Positions 47,263 to 56,227 of a stretch of 64,000 nucleotides of DNA are shown here, in pieces (within the stretch, counting starts at the first letter, position 1; every line of letters starts with the position of its first letter). The stretch lies in contig LANB01000001.1 of assembly GCA_000964245.1 (NCBI GenBank), positions 1,700,392-1,764,391 on the forward strand, in the 5' to 3' direction. The stretch comes from Cellvibrionaceae bacterium 1162T.S.0a.05 (lineage in GTDB: Bacteria; Pseudomonadota; Gammaproteobacteria; Pseudomonadales; Cellvibrionaceae). Position numbers and translations under genes: made by a program. The notes under the pieces were generated by a model. It worked only from the letters and a program-made list of their open reading frames with translations. It had not been told where the DNA came from and searched no databases.

Positions 47263-47380
47263 CAAGCCGGTGAACTACAGGCAGCAAGCTGCCCCGGACC
47301 TCCACCGCGTGGTTCGCTTATGTGCTTTAATAGCACAACGGAAACAACTCCATTCCGGCCCGTTACCGGAACGTTATGTT
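47256..47380 (+). repeat. attC site 2 (about 125 bp)
   Basis: It begins GCCTTAACAAGCCGG and ends ...CCGGAACGTTATG, with an internal palindromic segment (GGTTCGC / CGGAAC). Confidence 0.5.
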
Positions 47381-47777
47381 TCGAGTAATTTAATCTGCAA
47401 ATGTTTCGCGTAACTAATGAAGTCTTTATCGGTAGTAAAAATATTTAATCTAAGGCGCACAGATACGGCGCAAATTAGAAAATCTGTATGTGAACCCTGA
47501 ACGCCTTTCGCACGGCAAAAATTTGAATACTCAGCAGCACATTCATAATCAGCGTCTAACACTGGCTCATTGGGAAAATACTGGAGTTTTTGTCTGAGCT
47601 TATAGTACTTGTTTTTATCAGAGTACCCAGAGAGCAACTCTTGGCGTATCGGTCCAATTTCCTTACTTGGTTGTCATCTATTATCTGGGATAGCTGGGTC
47701 GCTATAGAGGTCTCTTTGGGGGTGCTGCCTCGTAACGCTAGGGACCAAACGCAAGTATCTACAAGTACCCCGCTCAT
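47374..47777 (-). pseudogene. vapC: PIN-domain toxin VapC, frameshifted (N-terminal ORF 47556-47777 and C-terminal ORF 47374-47637 overlap out of frame)
   Basis: N-terminal LVDTCVWS (PIN Asp motif) and C-terminal TDKDFISYAKHLQIKLLE are split over two frames. The ATG overlaps the vapB stop (ATGA). Confidence 0.6.
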
Positions 47778-47968
47778 TTGCGGCCCTTTTTGTAGTCATA
47801 ATCAGTATCTTGGGGTAGGCTGCCAAATAGAGAAGTTATTTCTCGTTGTTTGCGGCGCTGTACGAACTCCATAAGTGCTTGATTTGCAGTGTCTTTTTTC
47901 GTGGAGAGCCCACTAATTATGAGGGCTTCATTTAATAGTTCAGTATCAATTGAAAGGTTGGTAGCCAT
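47774..47968 (-). CDS. vapB: VapB-type RHH antitoxin
   Basis: MATNLSIDTELLNEALIISG is an Arc/MetJ-type N-terminus. 64 aa. Confidence 0.6.
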   Translation of the reverse strand: MATNLSIDTELLNEALIISGLSTKKDTANQALMEFVQRRKQREITSLFGSLPQDTDYDYKKGRK

Positions 47969-48014
47969 GCTCACACCTCTTGGCACACAAGTATCCACAC
48001 AAAGCGTTACACAA

Positions 48015-48128
48015 AGCTAACAAGGCAGTCAACCTGACGCCGCGTGCTACGTTCAGCTTTGGGATGGCTACGCCATTTTACTCCAAAGCTTCTCTCCACA
48101 CGCAACGCAGGTTACTGCGACGTTAAGA
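48015..48128 (+). repeat. attC site 3
   Basis: AGCTAACAAGGCAG at 5' and CTGCGACGTTAAGAG at 3'. The GTTA overlaps the parE stop codon on the opposite strand. Confidence 0.45.
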
Positions 48129-48425
48129 GTTTTTGAGATTTCTCGCGACGTCCATTCGCTTGTGAAGAATGCGAATTATTTCAATGTGAGAGCCGGAGCC
48201 ATCTTTATAAAAAATAACATGGCTTCCTTGAGGAAATTTTTTATATCCTGGCAAAATGTAATCGCACTTAGCGCCGAGGTCAGGAGATTCAGCTAAAGCA
48301 TGAAAAATTTCATCTAATTGTTTTAGGTATATGTTTCGTTGGTTTCGACCCCACTCTTCTTCAGTGTAAATTGCAATATTCTTTAGGTCTGCTTTAGCTT
48401 TGGCCGTAAGCTTGAAAGGAATCAT
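48123..48425 (-). CDS. parE: ParE/RelE-family toxin
   Basis: 100 aa; the IAIYTEEEWGRNQRNIYLKQLDEIFHALAESPDLG pattern is typical of ParE. Confidence 0.7.
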   Translation of the reverse strand: MIPFKLTAKAKADLKNIAIYTEEEWGRNQRNIYLKQLDEIFHALAESPDLGAKCDYILPGYKKFPQGSHVIFYKDGSGSHIEIIRILHKRMDVARNLKNS

Positions 48426-48426
48426 T

Positions 48427-48666
48427 TTAATGGCTGTCTTCGTCCAACTCAGATATCAAACCTTCAAGGCTGTAATCTACAAAACCACTTTCTTCCCCTT
48501 CATTAAGCAAGCGTCTCAAGGTCCCAAGCTTAGATTCGGTATCTTCCAACATTCTCAATCCGGCTCTCACCACTTCACTAGCAGAGCCATACCGTCCGGA
48601 CTCAATTTGCTGGGCAATAAAATCCTCAAAGTGCTCCCCAAGGGTTATGCTCGTGTTTTTAGCCAT
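48427..48666 (-). CDS. parD: ParD-family RHH antitoxin
   Basis: [41 protein letters not shown] is the canonical ParD/CC2985 pattern. It is 1 bp from parE. Confidence 0.75.
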   Translation of the reverse strand: MAKNTSITLGEHFEDFIAQQIESGRYGSASEVVRAGLRMLEDTESKLGTLRRLLNEGEESGFVDYSLEGLISELDEDSH

Positions 48667-48699
48667 AATTCACCACCAGTAGTACCAAATATTGGTATA

Positions 48700-48810
48700 T
48701 ATTGGTATAAAGCTCTTGGCAAGTCAATTAACTTAGAGCCTTTGGCGCCGGACAGCCTGCACGCCGCTTTGCTCTGTTCCGGTTGACGGTTATTGAGGTG
48801 TTATGGCCCT
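48700..48810 (+). repeat. attC site 4 (boundaries approximate)
   Basis: The 3' core GGTGTTATGGCCCTCACTA parallels the attC1 3' end GGGCGTTAAGGCTCACTA. The internal CTCTTGGC...AATTAAC echoes the attI repeats. Confidence 0.35.
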
Positions 48811-48834
48811 CACTAAACGAGAGATATTTAGCTA

Positions 48835-49374
48835 ATGCTAATTTGGTTTATTATTGCTTGCGAGGTTGGTTTTTGGGTAGTTCTTGTATTAGGCCTATTT
48901 GTTAGATTTGTACTGAAATTACATGTTCTAAGTAAATATATTTTACTATGCGTACCGCTTTTAGACCTCATGCTTCTCGTAGCAACTGCTATAGATCTCA
49001 ATAATGGAGCATCAGCAGAGTTTGCACATGGATTAGCTGCGGTATATTTAGGCTTTACAGTGGTGTACGGAAATAGGGTTATTAGATGGGCGGATAGTTA
49101 TGTATCTTATAAATTCTATTCTGGCAAGAACCCTAAAAGCCAAGTCTATGGTTGGTCATATGCTAAATACGAGTGGTTTGAGTGGTTTAATGGGCTATTA
49201 GCGTGCGCTGTAGCTGTAATACTGCTAAGCATTGCAATACTTTATATTGATAATTCTGAAAGGACTGAGGCCTTGGTTCAGTGGTTCTCACACTTATTTT
49301 GGTTGTTGCTCATTTGGCTTTTAGGTTGGCCTGTTTGGTATACAGTATTTCCAAAAAAAGAGAAAAAGCCATAA
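48835..49374 (+). CDS. Integron cassette ORF 5: polytopic membrane protein of unknown function
   Basis: 179 aa with about 5 TM helices. The stop TAA lies inside GCCATAACAAACGGC, an inverse-core-like motif. Confidence 0.45.
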   Translation: MLIWFIIACEVGFWVVLVLGLFVRFVLKLHVLSKYILLCVPLLDLMLLVATAIDLNNGASAEFAHGLAAVYLGFTVVYGNRVIRWADSYVSYKFYSGKNPKSQVYGWSYAKYEWFEWFNGLLACAVAVILLSIAILYIDNSERTEALVQWFSHLFWLLLIWLLGWPVWYTVFPKKEKKP

Positions 49375-49421
49375 CAAACGGCTCCACGCAAACGGCCAAA
49401 CCTACGCTGCGTCATTCTTGA

Positions 49422-50114
49422 CTAAAGACGACGCACTTTTATATTACGAAACCAGACCTTTTCCCCATGATGTTGAAACATGATATGCCCTTCGCGAGAC
49501 TGGCCGAAGATGGGGTTATCTTTGAATTTACTGTCTTTAATTTTTCTTTTTAATTCATCACTGCCAATAGTAAAATCCAGAACTTTAACGCCATTCAAAT
49601 AATGTGTTACCCGTCCGTTATCAACTACCAAGCGAGCCTCGTTAAACTCACCCCAGGGCCGGACAGCACGACTTGCAGGAGCGATCAGATCATATAAAGA
49701 ACCTGCAGAGCGTTCTGGGTCTTTATCATAGAAATTTACATCATCCTGAATCTGTATTTCGAAATCATTTAGCCAATTGGGGCTATTGCCATTTCCTGAT
49801 TCCATATCGTTAAGTTCTTTAACATGAAAAAATAGCCCGCTGTTTCCTGCTTTTGATACCTTCCAATCGTAAACCAGTTCAAAACTTTCAAATGTATCTC
49901 GCGTTACGATGTCTACGTTGTCTACATCCGAAAGTGTCGCCAGTGTACCGTCCTCGATCGCCCATGCGTTCGCTGGAAACGTCTCCATCCGGTAACCACG
50001 CAATAAACTTGTATCCTGTCCATCAAATAATACAATCCACTTTGGTTCAGCTTGAACTGAATAAACAGACAACATACAGATGAGGCTTAGCAAGCCTTTA
50101 GCTTTATTTATCAT
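49422..50114 (-). CDS. DUF1080 (3-keto-disaccharide hydrolase / LamG-like) secreted protein
   Basis: Signal peptide; the ...GHIMFQHHGEKVWFRNIKV C-terminus is typical of DUF1080. Confidence 0.7.
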   Translation of the reverse strand: MINKAKGLLSLICMLSVYSVQAEPKWIVLFDGQDTSLLRGYRMETFPANAWAIEDGTLATLSDVDNVDIVTRDTFESFELVYDWKVSKAGNSGLFFHVKELNDMESGNGNSPNWLNDFEIQIQDDVNFYDKDPERSAGSLYDLIAPASRAVRPWGEFNEARLVVDNGRVTHYLNGVKVLDFTIGSDELKRKIKDSKFKDNPIFGQSREGHIMFQHHGEKVWFRNIKVRRL

Positions 50115-50654
50115 TATTGTTACCTTTTTTGATTTTTAACCCTGGTCTGCTATCTAAGAGATAATGGAGTTATTGAGACCACGATTAGTGAAATAGTTGG
50201 TTCACTTTTGTGGCCGTGAAGCGTAAGTAGTTCTCACGAGGTTATCACCCTTATGGTTAAGACTCGGTGGAAACAAGGCCATACATTGTGATTTCACCAA
50301 ATATTGCTGAAGTAGAACCCATGCTATTGTTTTATAAGTATTTTTTTTGTTTGCGGAAACACTTATTTCGCCTGCCCATTGACAATGGGTGCGATTTGTA
50401 GCGTTGGTTTAACATGATAGACTCTTAATTTCTTTATTAGCTTTTTCGTTTTTGGCAGCAGTAAATGAAATTTAATCTAAAGAAGAGAAAGTTCATACTT
50501 GGGGCCATGGCTTACGCTATCAGCAGCCTATATGCTCGAGTTATGAAGGTTTGAGTCTATAGAGCTTGTTCTCACAGCGCTATGAATGGCTATCCAGCGC
50601 CTCTGTGGCCCATGCACCCCAGTCAAAACGCAACTCACAAAGCGATAGAAGCTT

Positions 50655-51320
50655 ATGAAAATCGTTCTCCTACCAGGGCTAGACGGTACAGGTAATTTAT
50701 TTGATTCGTTAATAAGGTTCTTACCTGCAGAGGATGTAGAAGTTATTGCATTACCGGATACAGGTGAACAAACATACGAAGCCTTAGTTGAATATTGCCA
50801 AGCAAAGATGCCAAAGGAACCTTACATTTTGGTTGCTGAATCCTTTTCAGGTCCCATAGGTATCAAGCTGGCTGAAAGCGATATTGGAATAATGACGAGG
50901 CTTGTACTTGTTGCAACTTTTGCCGCCCCACCAAAACCCCTTTTATCGAGAATTTGTTCATTACTTCCCATGAAGGGGCTTTTGCGCTTACCTTTTTCGA
51001 TGCTAGTGTCGCGAACACTATTCCTGGGATTTAACACGTCTAAAGAAGTCCTGGAAAAATTTCTAAGCTCCATTGCTAGTGTTCCATCGGAAATTTTAGC
51101 GCAACGCTTGCGCGTGGCGTCTTCATTTGAGTGTGGAGTAGCATCTATAAAAGTGCCAGTAATCTATATCCAAGCGACAAACGATGTATTAGTTCCTAAA
51201 AAATGTTTTGGCCTGGTAGAGAAGCTTGCACATAATTTAGAGCTAAAAAGGGTGGATGGACCACATTTTATATTGCAATCCAATCCTGAAGAATGTGCAC
51301 AAATCATTGTTTCTGAGTAA
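50655..51320 (+). CDS. Alpha/beta-hydrolase-fold protein (serine esterase-like)
   Basis: Nucleophile elbow VAESFSG. 221 aa. Confidence 0.55.
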   Translation: MKIVLLPGLDGTGNLFDSLIRFLPAEDVEVIALPDTGEQTYEALVEYCQAKMPKEPYILVAESFSGPIGIKLAESDIGIMTRLVLVATFAAPPKPLLSRICSLLPMKGLLRLPFSMLVSRTLFLGFNTSKEVLEKFLSSIASVPSEILAQRLRVASSFECGVASIKVPVIYIQATNDVLVPKKCFGLVEKLAHNLELKRVDGPHFILQSNPEECAQIIVSE

Positions 51321-51406
51321 GGCTTCTTGAAAAAACATGTGATGGCTGAATCCCAAACGAACCTCGAAAATACCTGGTTGGCTTTCGCCTTTTATGACGA
51401 GTTGCT

Positions 51407-52489
51407 TTAGGGCAGATCAACCACTTCCACCCAGCTTGGATTTTTGCCAACAGCGTAACGAGCCAAATGAGTGAGTTGGCCACTGGATTGATCAATTTTG
51501 TATACGCTCAGATGGTTTGAGAGCTGTCCCGCTGATAGTAAGAACTTTCCATCAGGGCTTAAGGTAAAACTTCGGGGTTTGGTTTCGGTGGGAACGCTTT
51601 CAATCAAGGTCAGGAGACCGCTTTGTTGGTCTCGCTGAAAAACATTGATTGTATTTGTGCGGCGCTCAGAGGTGTAAACAAACTTTCCATTCGGTGTAAT
51701 CTGAATTTCCGCTGCTGAGGGTTTTTCCTTGAAGGGTTTCTTTGCCATGAGAATCGATTGTTTCTCGGTGAGTACACCGCGGGCCTTATCGAAGGCATAA
51801 ACATTGACTGTGCCATCCAGCTCGTTAAGTAGGTACACAAATTTTTGATCTGGTGAAAAGCGTATATGGCGGGGGCCTGACTCCTTAGCTGTTTTAATGC
51901 TGGCAGGAGAGTTCGGGCTCACTTTTCCTGTACTGGCATCGAATTTAAATTGCATGACCTGGTCGCTGCCCTTGTTGGCAACAAAAAGAAATTGGTTGCT
52001 GCTATCAAGCAAGAGTGAGTGCGCATAGAGCCCCGTGGGGTACACACTCACACTTGCTTCCTGTACGAGGCGCTTGTCATCGAGCCTGTTAACCATCAAT
52101 GCGGAACTGCCATAAGAGGTTGTTAATACATTTTTTCCGGAAGTATCGGCGTGTACAAAGCAAATATCGTGGGGAAGCACGGCTTGCGATTGCTCGGTCA
52201 GTTCGCCGTTAGTGGACTGTATTGAAAATGATACGATGGAATAAGGCGTAGAACGAATGGCGGCGTAGAGGGTTTTTTTATCGGGGCTTACCGCGAGGGG
52301 CATAACGGAATCGCCTGCTTTAACGCGTTGCGCTAAATGAAGTTTGCCCGTTTCTTTGTCCATGTTGTAGGCAGCAATTTCACCGTCATCTGCATTGGAA
52401 ACGTATACCATGGTGCGTGCAAGTGATGTATTGCTGAAAAATAAAACCGACAATACAGACAAACAATAGCTAAAAAAAAGTGATTTCAT
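51407..52489 (-). CDS. Lactonase, 7-bladed beta-propeller (6-phosphogluconolactonase/Pgl-like), secreted
   Basis: Signal peptide MKSLFFSYCLSVLSVLFFSNTSLA. Repeated propeller blades (YVSNADDGEIAAYNMDKETGKL...). The start was chosen at the M of MKSLFF. Confidence 0.75.
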   Translation of the reverse strand: MKSLFFSYCLSVLSVLFFSNTSLARTMVYVSNADDGEIAAYNMDKETGKLHLAQRVKAGDSVMPLAVSPDKKTLYAAIRSTPYSIVSFSIQSTNGELTEQSQAVLPHDICFVHADTSGKNVLTTSYGSSALMVNRLDDKRLVQEASVSVYPTGLYAHSLLLDSSNQFLFVANKGSDQVMQFKFDASTGKVSPNSPASIKTAKESGPRHIRFSPDQKFVYLLNELDGTVNVYAFDKARGVLTEKQSILMAKKPFKEKPSAAEIQITPNGKFVYTSERRTNTINVFQRDQQSGLLTLIESVPTETKPRSFTLSPDGKFLLSAGQLSNHLSVYKIDQSSGQLTHLARYAVGKNPSWVEVVDLP

Positions 52490-55451
52490 GATGAACTCTT
52501 CGTTTGGGTATTCTTCACTTAGGCATTTTTTATTTAAAACGTTATTTAGATCTTTATTCAGGAGTGGCCTGATACTTGTTGTATGCAGCGTGGGTATGCA
52601 CCCCTGTTTTGGCGCGTCCTTTGTTGAAACGAGCCCTGACCAGTATACCCAGGACGAAGTGGTCATTTCGGCAGGAGAACGCCTCTACGGCCGCTATTGT
52701 GCAAGTTGTCACTTACTTGAGGGCGAAAGTTTTGGTCCGCAATTGGGCGGCGTTACCCAGGTAGTGTCAACAGAGGACCTGCACGATTTTATTCGCAACC
52801 CGGCCTCGATCATGGCCTCCGGGAATCCACGTGCCTCAGCGTTAATGCAGCGCTACAAAGTCATGATGCCGGGGTTTGATCAGCTTAAGCAGCAAGAAAT
52901 CCAGGCAATTCTGGCCTACATTCACCTGCAATCCAACAAACGTGAAATTGCAGCTCTCACACTGGACGCCATTTTAAATACAGGCAGCCACAAGCGCCTT
53001 CTCCCGCCGGTGGTGCAGTCGGGCATTGTGGTCGAGCTGGAAGAGTTTGCTCGCCTCCCGACCCTGGAAAATCGCCCTGCCTATAAAGGCATTACCTCCA
53101 TGCGTGTGGACCCACGCAGAAAATCAGCGTATTTCGTTAATGAACTTATGGGGATTTTGTATTCTGTAAGGAAGGGCAAGCATGCAGTTTTTCTGGATTT
53201 GCGGCCCCACTTCCCGAAATTTATGTATGAACCGGGCGTGGCCAGTGGGCTCGGTAGTTTTGCGATGCACCCCAACTTTAAAGAAAACGGAATTTTTTAT
53301 ACCACGCACTCGGAAATTCGTCGCGGCTCGCCCGCCATCAATGAAGACGATATACCCGCAGATGTGCCTGAACATGAATCGCCCCCCCTTGAGTGGGTGC
53401 TAAGTGAATGGACTTTAAAGCAACCCGCTGCACCGCACTTTGAAGGCAGCCGACGAGAAGTGTTGCGTTTTGTGACGCCAACCACTGCGCACGGCGCCCA
53501 GGAAATTAAATTTTCGCCCGTGCGTGACCCACATCATCCGGATTACGGCATGCTTTACATCGCTTGTGGTGACGGTGGTGCAATTAATCTAAAACGCCCT
53601 GATATGGCAGGCCATCCGCATACCCTTCTGGGCACGATTATGCGTATTGATCCCGCCGGCACCAATGGTAAAGGCGGTGGTTATGGCATTCCTGAAGACA
53701 ACCCTTTTGCAAACAGTGAAGACCCGATGGTGCACAAGGAAATCTGGGCCTACGGTTTTCGCAACCCTCATCGTTTTTCCTGGGATGCCAAAAAATACAA
53801 ACCGATGATTGCGATTGATATTGGTGAATCCAATATTGAAGAGATCAATATTATTAAAGCCGGTGGTAATTATGGTTGGGGGCAGGGCGGCCTTGAAGGA
53901 ACTATGGCCATCGACCCCATAAAAGACCCGACACAGGTTTCACCAGCGAGTGCTGAACTTTTGCGTCAACATTTATCGCCCTACGGGCAATATGATCACA
54001 ACGATGGCACGGCCATTACGGGGGGCTATATTTACCGTGGCCCACTCAAAGCATTGCAGGGAAAATATATTTTTGGCGATATCGTCAATGGCCGATTGTT
54101 TTATATGAATATGGATGCGCATCAATTTGCCGGTGTGAGGGACAAAACGATTTACGAAATACAAATACAACAAAAGGGCCAGCTCACCAGTGTACGTGAA
54201 ATGTCGCAAGTTGAACGGGCGCATTTACGCCTTGCTTACGATGCAGCTAAAGGCGAACTTTTTATACTGACAAAAGATGACGGACGTATTCGGCGTATTG
54301 TTTCAGCACGTTATAGCGAAGACGCGAAGAGTGATAGTGCGAGTGAAAACACAGCCCATGCCCAAATAAAAGGAAAAGAAAAAGAAAAAACAAAAACCTT
54401 CGGCATCCACAGTGAAACTTTTGGTTTAAATGAAGCTGGCGAAATGGTCACGCAATACAGCCTCACCAACAAACAAGGTAGCCAGGTCAATATCATTGAT
54501 TACGGCGCAACAGTAGTTTCGCTTTTTGTTCCCGACCGTAAGGGGAACTTGGCCGACGTGGTAATAGGCTACGACAACATGCCGGACTATGAACAGCGCA
54601 GTCACAATTTTGGCTCCACCATTGGACGCGTTGCCGGGCGCATTGCGAATGCGCAATTTGAATTGGACGGCAAACGTTATCAACTACCGAAAAATTTGGG
54701 TGAGCATACACTTCACGGTGGCCCGCAAGGTTTTGATAAAGTGATGTGGCATATGACGGAGCAAAGTTATACCAGCGAAGGTGCAACACTGACATTGCGC
54801 TATGAAAGTGCAGATGGTGAAATGGGTTTTCCCGGTAACTTGATTGCTTATGTCAGTTATACCTTTACGGAAGACAATGCTCTAAAAATACAGTATTCCG
54901 CCACCAGCGATAAGCCGACACCCTACAACCCCACCCATCACAGTTATTTCAATTTAAAGGGGGAGGGCAAGGGCAATATTTTTGATCACAGCCTACAAAT
55001 TTTTGCTTCAAAAACGCCTGCCACGCTCAATGTTTTTCCGACAGGCGAGATTAAAAATATAGAAGGCAGTGTGCTGGATTTTCGACGCCCCACATTGATT
55101 GGAAAGCGTATTCTCGACCCGAGCCTGGAAGCACGAAGAGGTTACAATGATTTTTATATTTTCGATAAGGTCGGCGATGAGCTTGCGCACGTGGCGACCC
55201 TGGCGGAAGAAAAAAGTGGGCGCAAAATGGAAGTGTGGACAACCGAGCCTGGCTTGCAACTCTACACCGGGAATTGGTTGAATGATCAATTAGTGGGTAA
55301 AAGTGGTGTGCCCTACGTGCAGTATGGCGGTGTGTGTTTGGAAGCGCAGCACTACCCGGATTCACCCAACCAGCCCTTGTTTCCCGATACGATTTTAAGG
55401 CCAGGTGAAAAATTTGAATCGACAACGGTTTATAAATTTTCAGCGCGATAA
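52488..55451 (+). CDS. Tri-domain periplasmic oxidoreductase: cytochrome c, PQQ-dependent (soluble) sugar dehydrogenase beta-propeller and aldose 1-epimerase (mutarotase)
   Basis: CASCH heme motif. An sGDH-like region (GLGSFAMHPNF...GGNYGWGQGG). The C-terminal galactose-mutarotase fold has VCLEAQHYPDSPNQ. The exact start is uncertain, since the annotated start overlaps the divergent lactonase start. Confidence 0.7.
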   Translation: MMNSSFGYSSLRHFLFKTLFRSLFRSGLILVVCSVGMHPCFGASFVETSPDQYTQDEVVISAGERLYGRYCASCHLLEGESFGPQLGGVTQVVSTEDLHDFIRNPASIMASGNPRASALMQRYKVMMPGFDQLKQQEIQAILAYIHLQSNKREIAALTLDAILNTGSHKRLLPPVVQSGIVVELEEFARLPTLENRPAYKGITSMRVDPRRKSAYFVNELMGILYSVRKGKHAVFLDLRPHFPKFMYEPGVASGLGSFAMHPNFKENGIFYTTHSEIRRGSPAINEDDIPADVPEHESPPLEWVLSEWTLKQPAAPHFEGSRREVLRFVTPTTAHGAQEIKFSPVRDPHHPDYGMLYIACGDGGAINLKRPDMAGHPHTLLGTIMRIDPAGTNGKGGGYGIPEDNPFANSEDPMVHKEIWAYGFRNPHRFSWDAKKYKPMIAIDIGESNIEEINIIKAGGNYGWGQGGLEGTMAIDPIKDPTQVSPASAELLRQHLSPYGQYDHNDGTAITGGYIYRGPLKALQGKYIFGDIVNGRLFYMNMDAHQFAGVRDKTIYEIQIQQKGQLTSVREMSQVERAHLRLAYDAAKGELFILTKDDGRIRRIVSARYSEDAKSDSASENTAHAQIKGKEKEKTKTFGIHSETFGLNEAGEMVTQYSLTNKQGSQVNIIDYGATVVSLFVPDRKGNLADVVIGYDNMPDYEQRSHNFGSTIGRVAGRIANAQFELDGKRYQLPKNLGEHTLHGGPQGFDKVMWHMTEQSYTSEGATLTLRYESADGEMGFPGNLIAYVSYTFTEDNALKIQYSATSDKPTPYNPTHHSYFNLKGEGKGNIFDHSLQIFASKTPATLNVFPTGEIKNIEGSVLDFRRPTLIGKRILDPSLEARRGYNDFYIFDKVGDELAHVATLAEEKSGRKMEVWTTEPGLQLYTGNWLNDQLVGKSGVPYVQYGGVCLEAQHYPDSPNQPLFPDTILRPGEKFESTTVYKFSAR

Positions 55452-55754
55452 AAATCGACAAGGAATCTGAACCGTACTCTGCCGGTTGCGAATGTTTCTC
55501 GTTATCAATTGGCTAGGTCTTGCCTGTGCGCTGTTTGTGCGTCCACCTTGAAAGACATCCATTTTTGTTATGCCTCCGTATACTTTTATGAGCCTAAGCC
55601 AGTTGTCCTGGCTCCATACGGTGTTAAAGGGTGGCCGAAACGCGCATTCACTGGTATTTGCGGGCGATTTTGCCCCTGGTTACTGCTAGCGGCAGCATTT
55701 GCCGCTATAATTCAGCCACAAATTTTGAACTGACTGATTCTTAAGGTGAATTAC

Positions 55755-56153
55755 ATGAAAAAAGTGTCCTGGTTGGCGCTAGCAGTTGTGGCTTTGGCGT
55801 CATTTGCCTCGGCGGAAACGGTTGAAGATCGTATCAAGCCAGTGGGTTCTGTCTGTATGGCAGGCGATGATTGTGCTTCGGGCGCAATACAGTTGGCTGC
55901 GGCTGACGGCCCTCGTAGTGGTGAAGATGTGTATAAGAAAGCGTGTACAACCTGTCACGCAGCAGGTATTGCCGGCGCACCCAAGTTGGGTGATGTGGCG
56001 GCATGGGCGCCTCGCATCGAGAAAGGTATTGATGTGCTGTACACCAGCGCGATCAAGGGTTTGAACGGGATGCCTGCGAAAGGTATGTGTTTTGACTGTT
56101 CTGACGACGAGCTGAAGGCATCCGTTGATTATATGGTGGAAAACTCCAAATAA
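55755..56153 (+). CDS. Cytochrome c5-family monoheme cytochrome
   Basis: RBS AGGTG, signal peptide, CTTCHAAG heme-binding motif. Confidence 0.8.
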   Translation: MKKVSWLALAVVALASFASAETVEDRIKPVGSVCMAGDDCASGAIQLAAADGPRSGEDVYKKACTTCHAAGIAGAPKLGDVAAWAPRIEKGIDVLYTSAIKGLNGMPAKGMCFDCSDDELKASVDYMVENSK

Positions 56154-56177
56154 GCGTAACGTGTCAGATGAATTGCA

Positions 56178-56207
56178 AACGGGGGCCTTGGCCCCCGTTT
56201 TTGTTTT
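56178..56207. terminator. Bidirectional intrinsic terminator
   Basis: AAACGGGGGCC-tt-GGCCCCCGTTT with a TTTTGTTTTT run. It lies between convergent genes. Confidence 0.7.
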
Positions 56208-56227
56208 TGAGGTCTCTGTTTTCGTCT

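Noticed and set aside
49366-50300. Possible further attC sites after cassette 5 (GCCATAACAAACGGC at 49366; GGTTAAGAC at about 50254)
   Set aside because: Inverse-core-like and core-like motifs are present, but I could not find the matching palindromic partner for either. The downstream end of the cassette array is therefore left undefined instead of being called.
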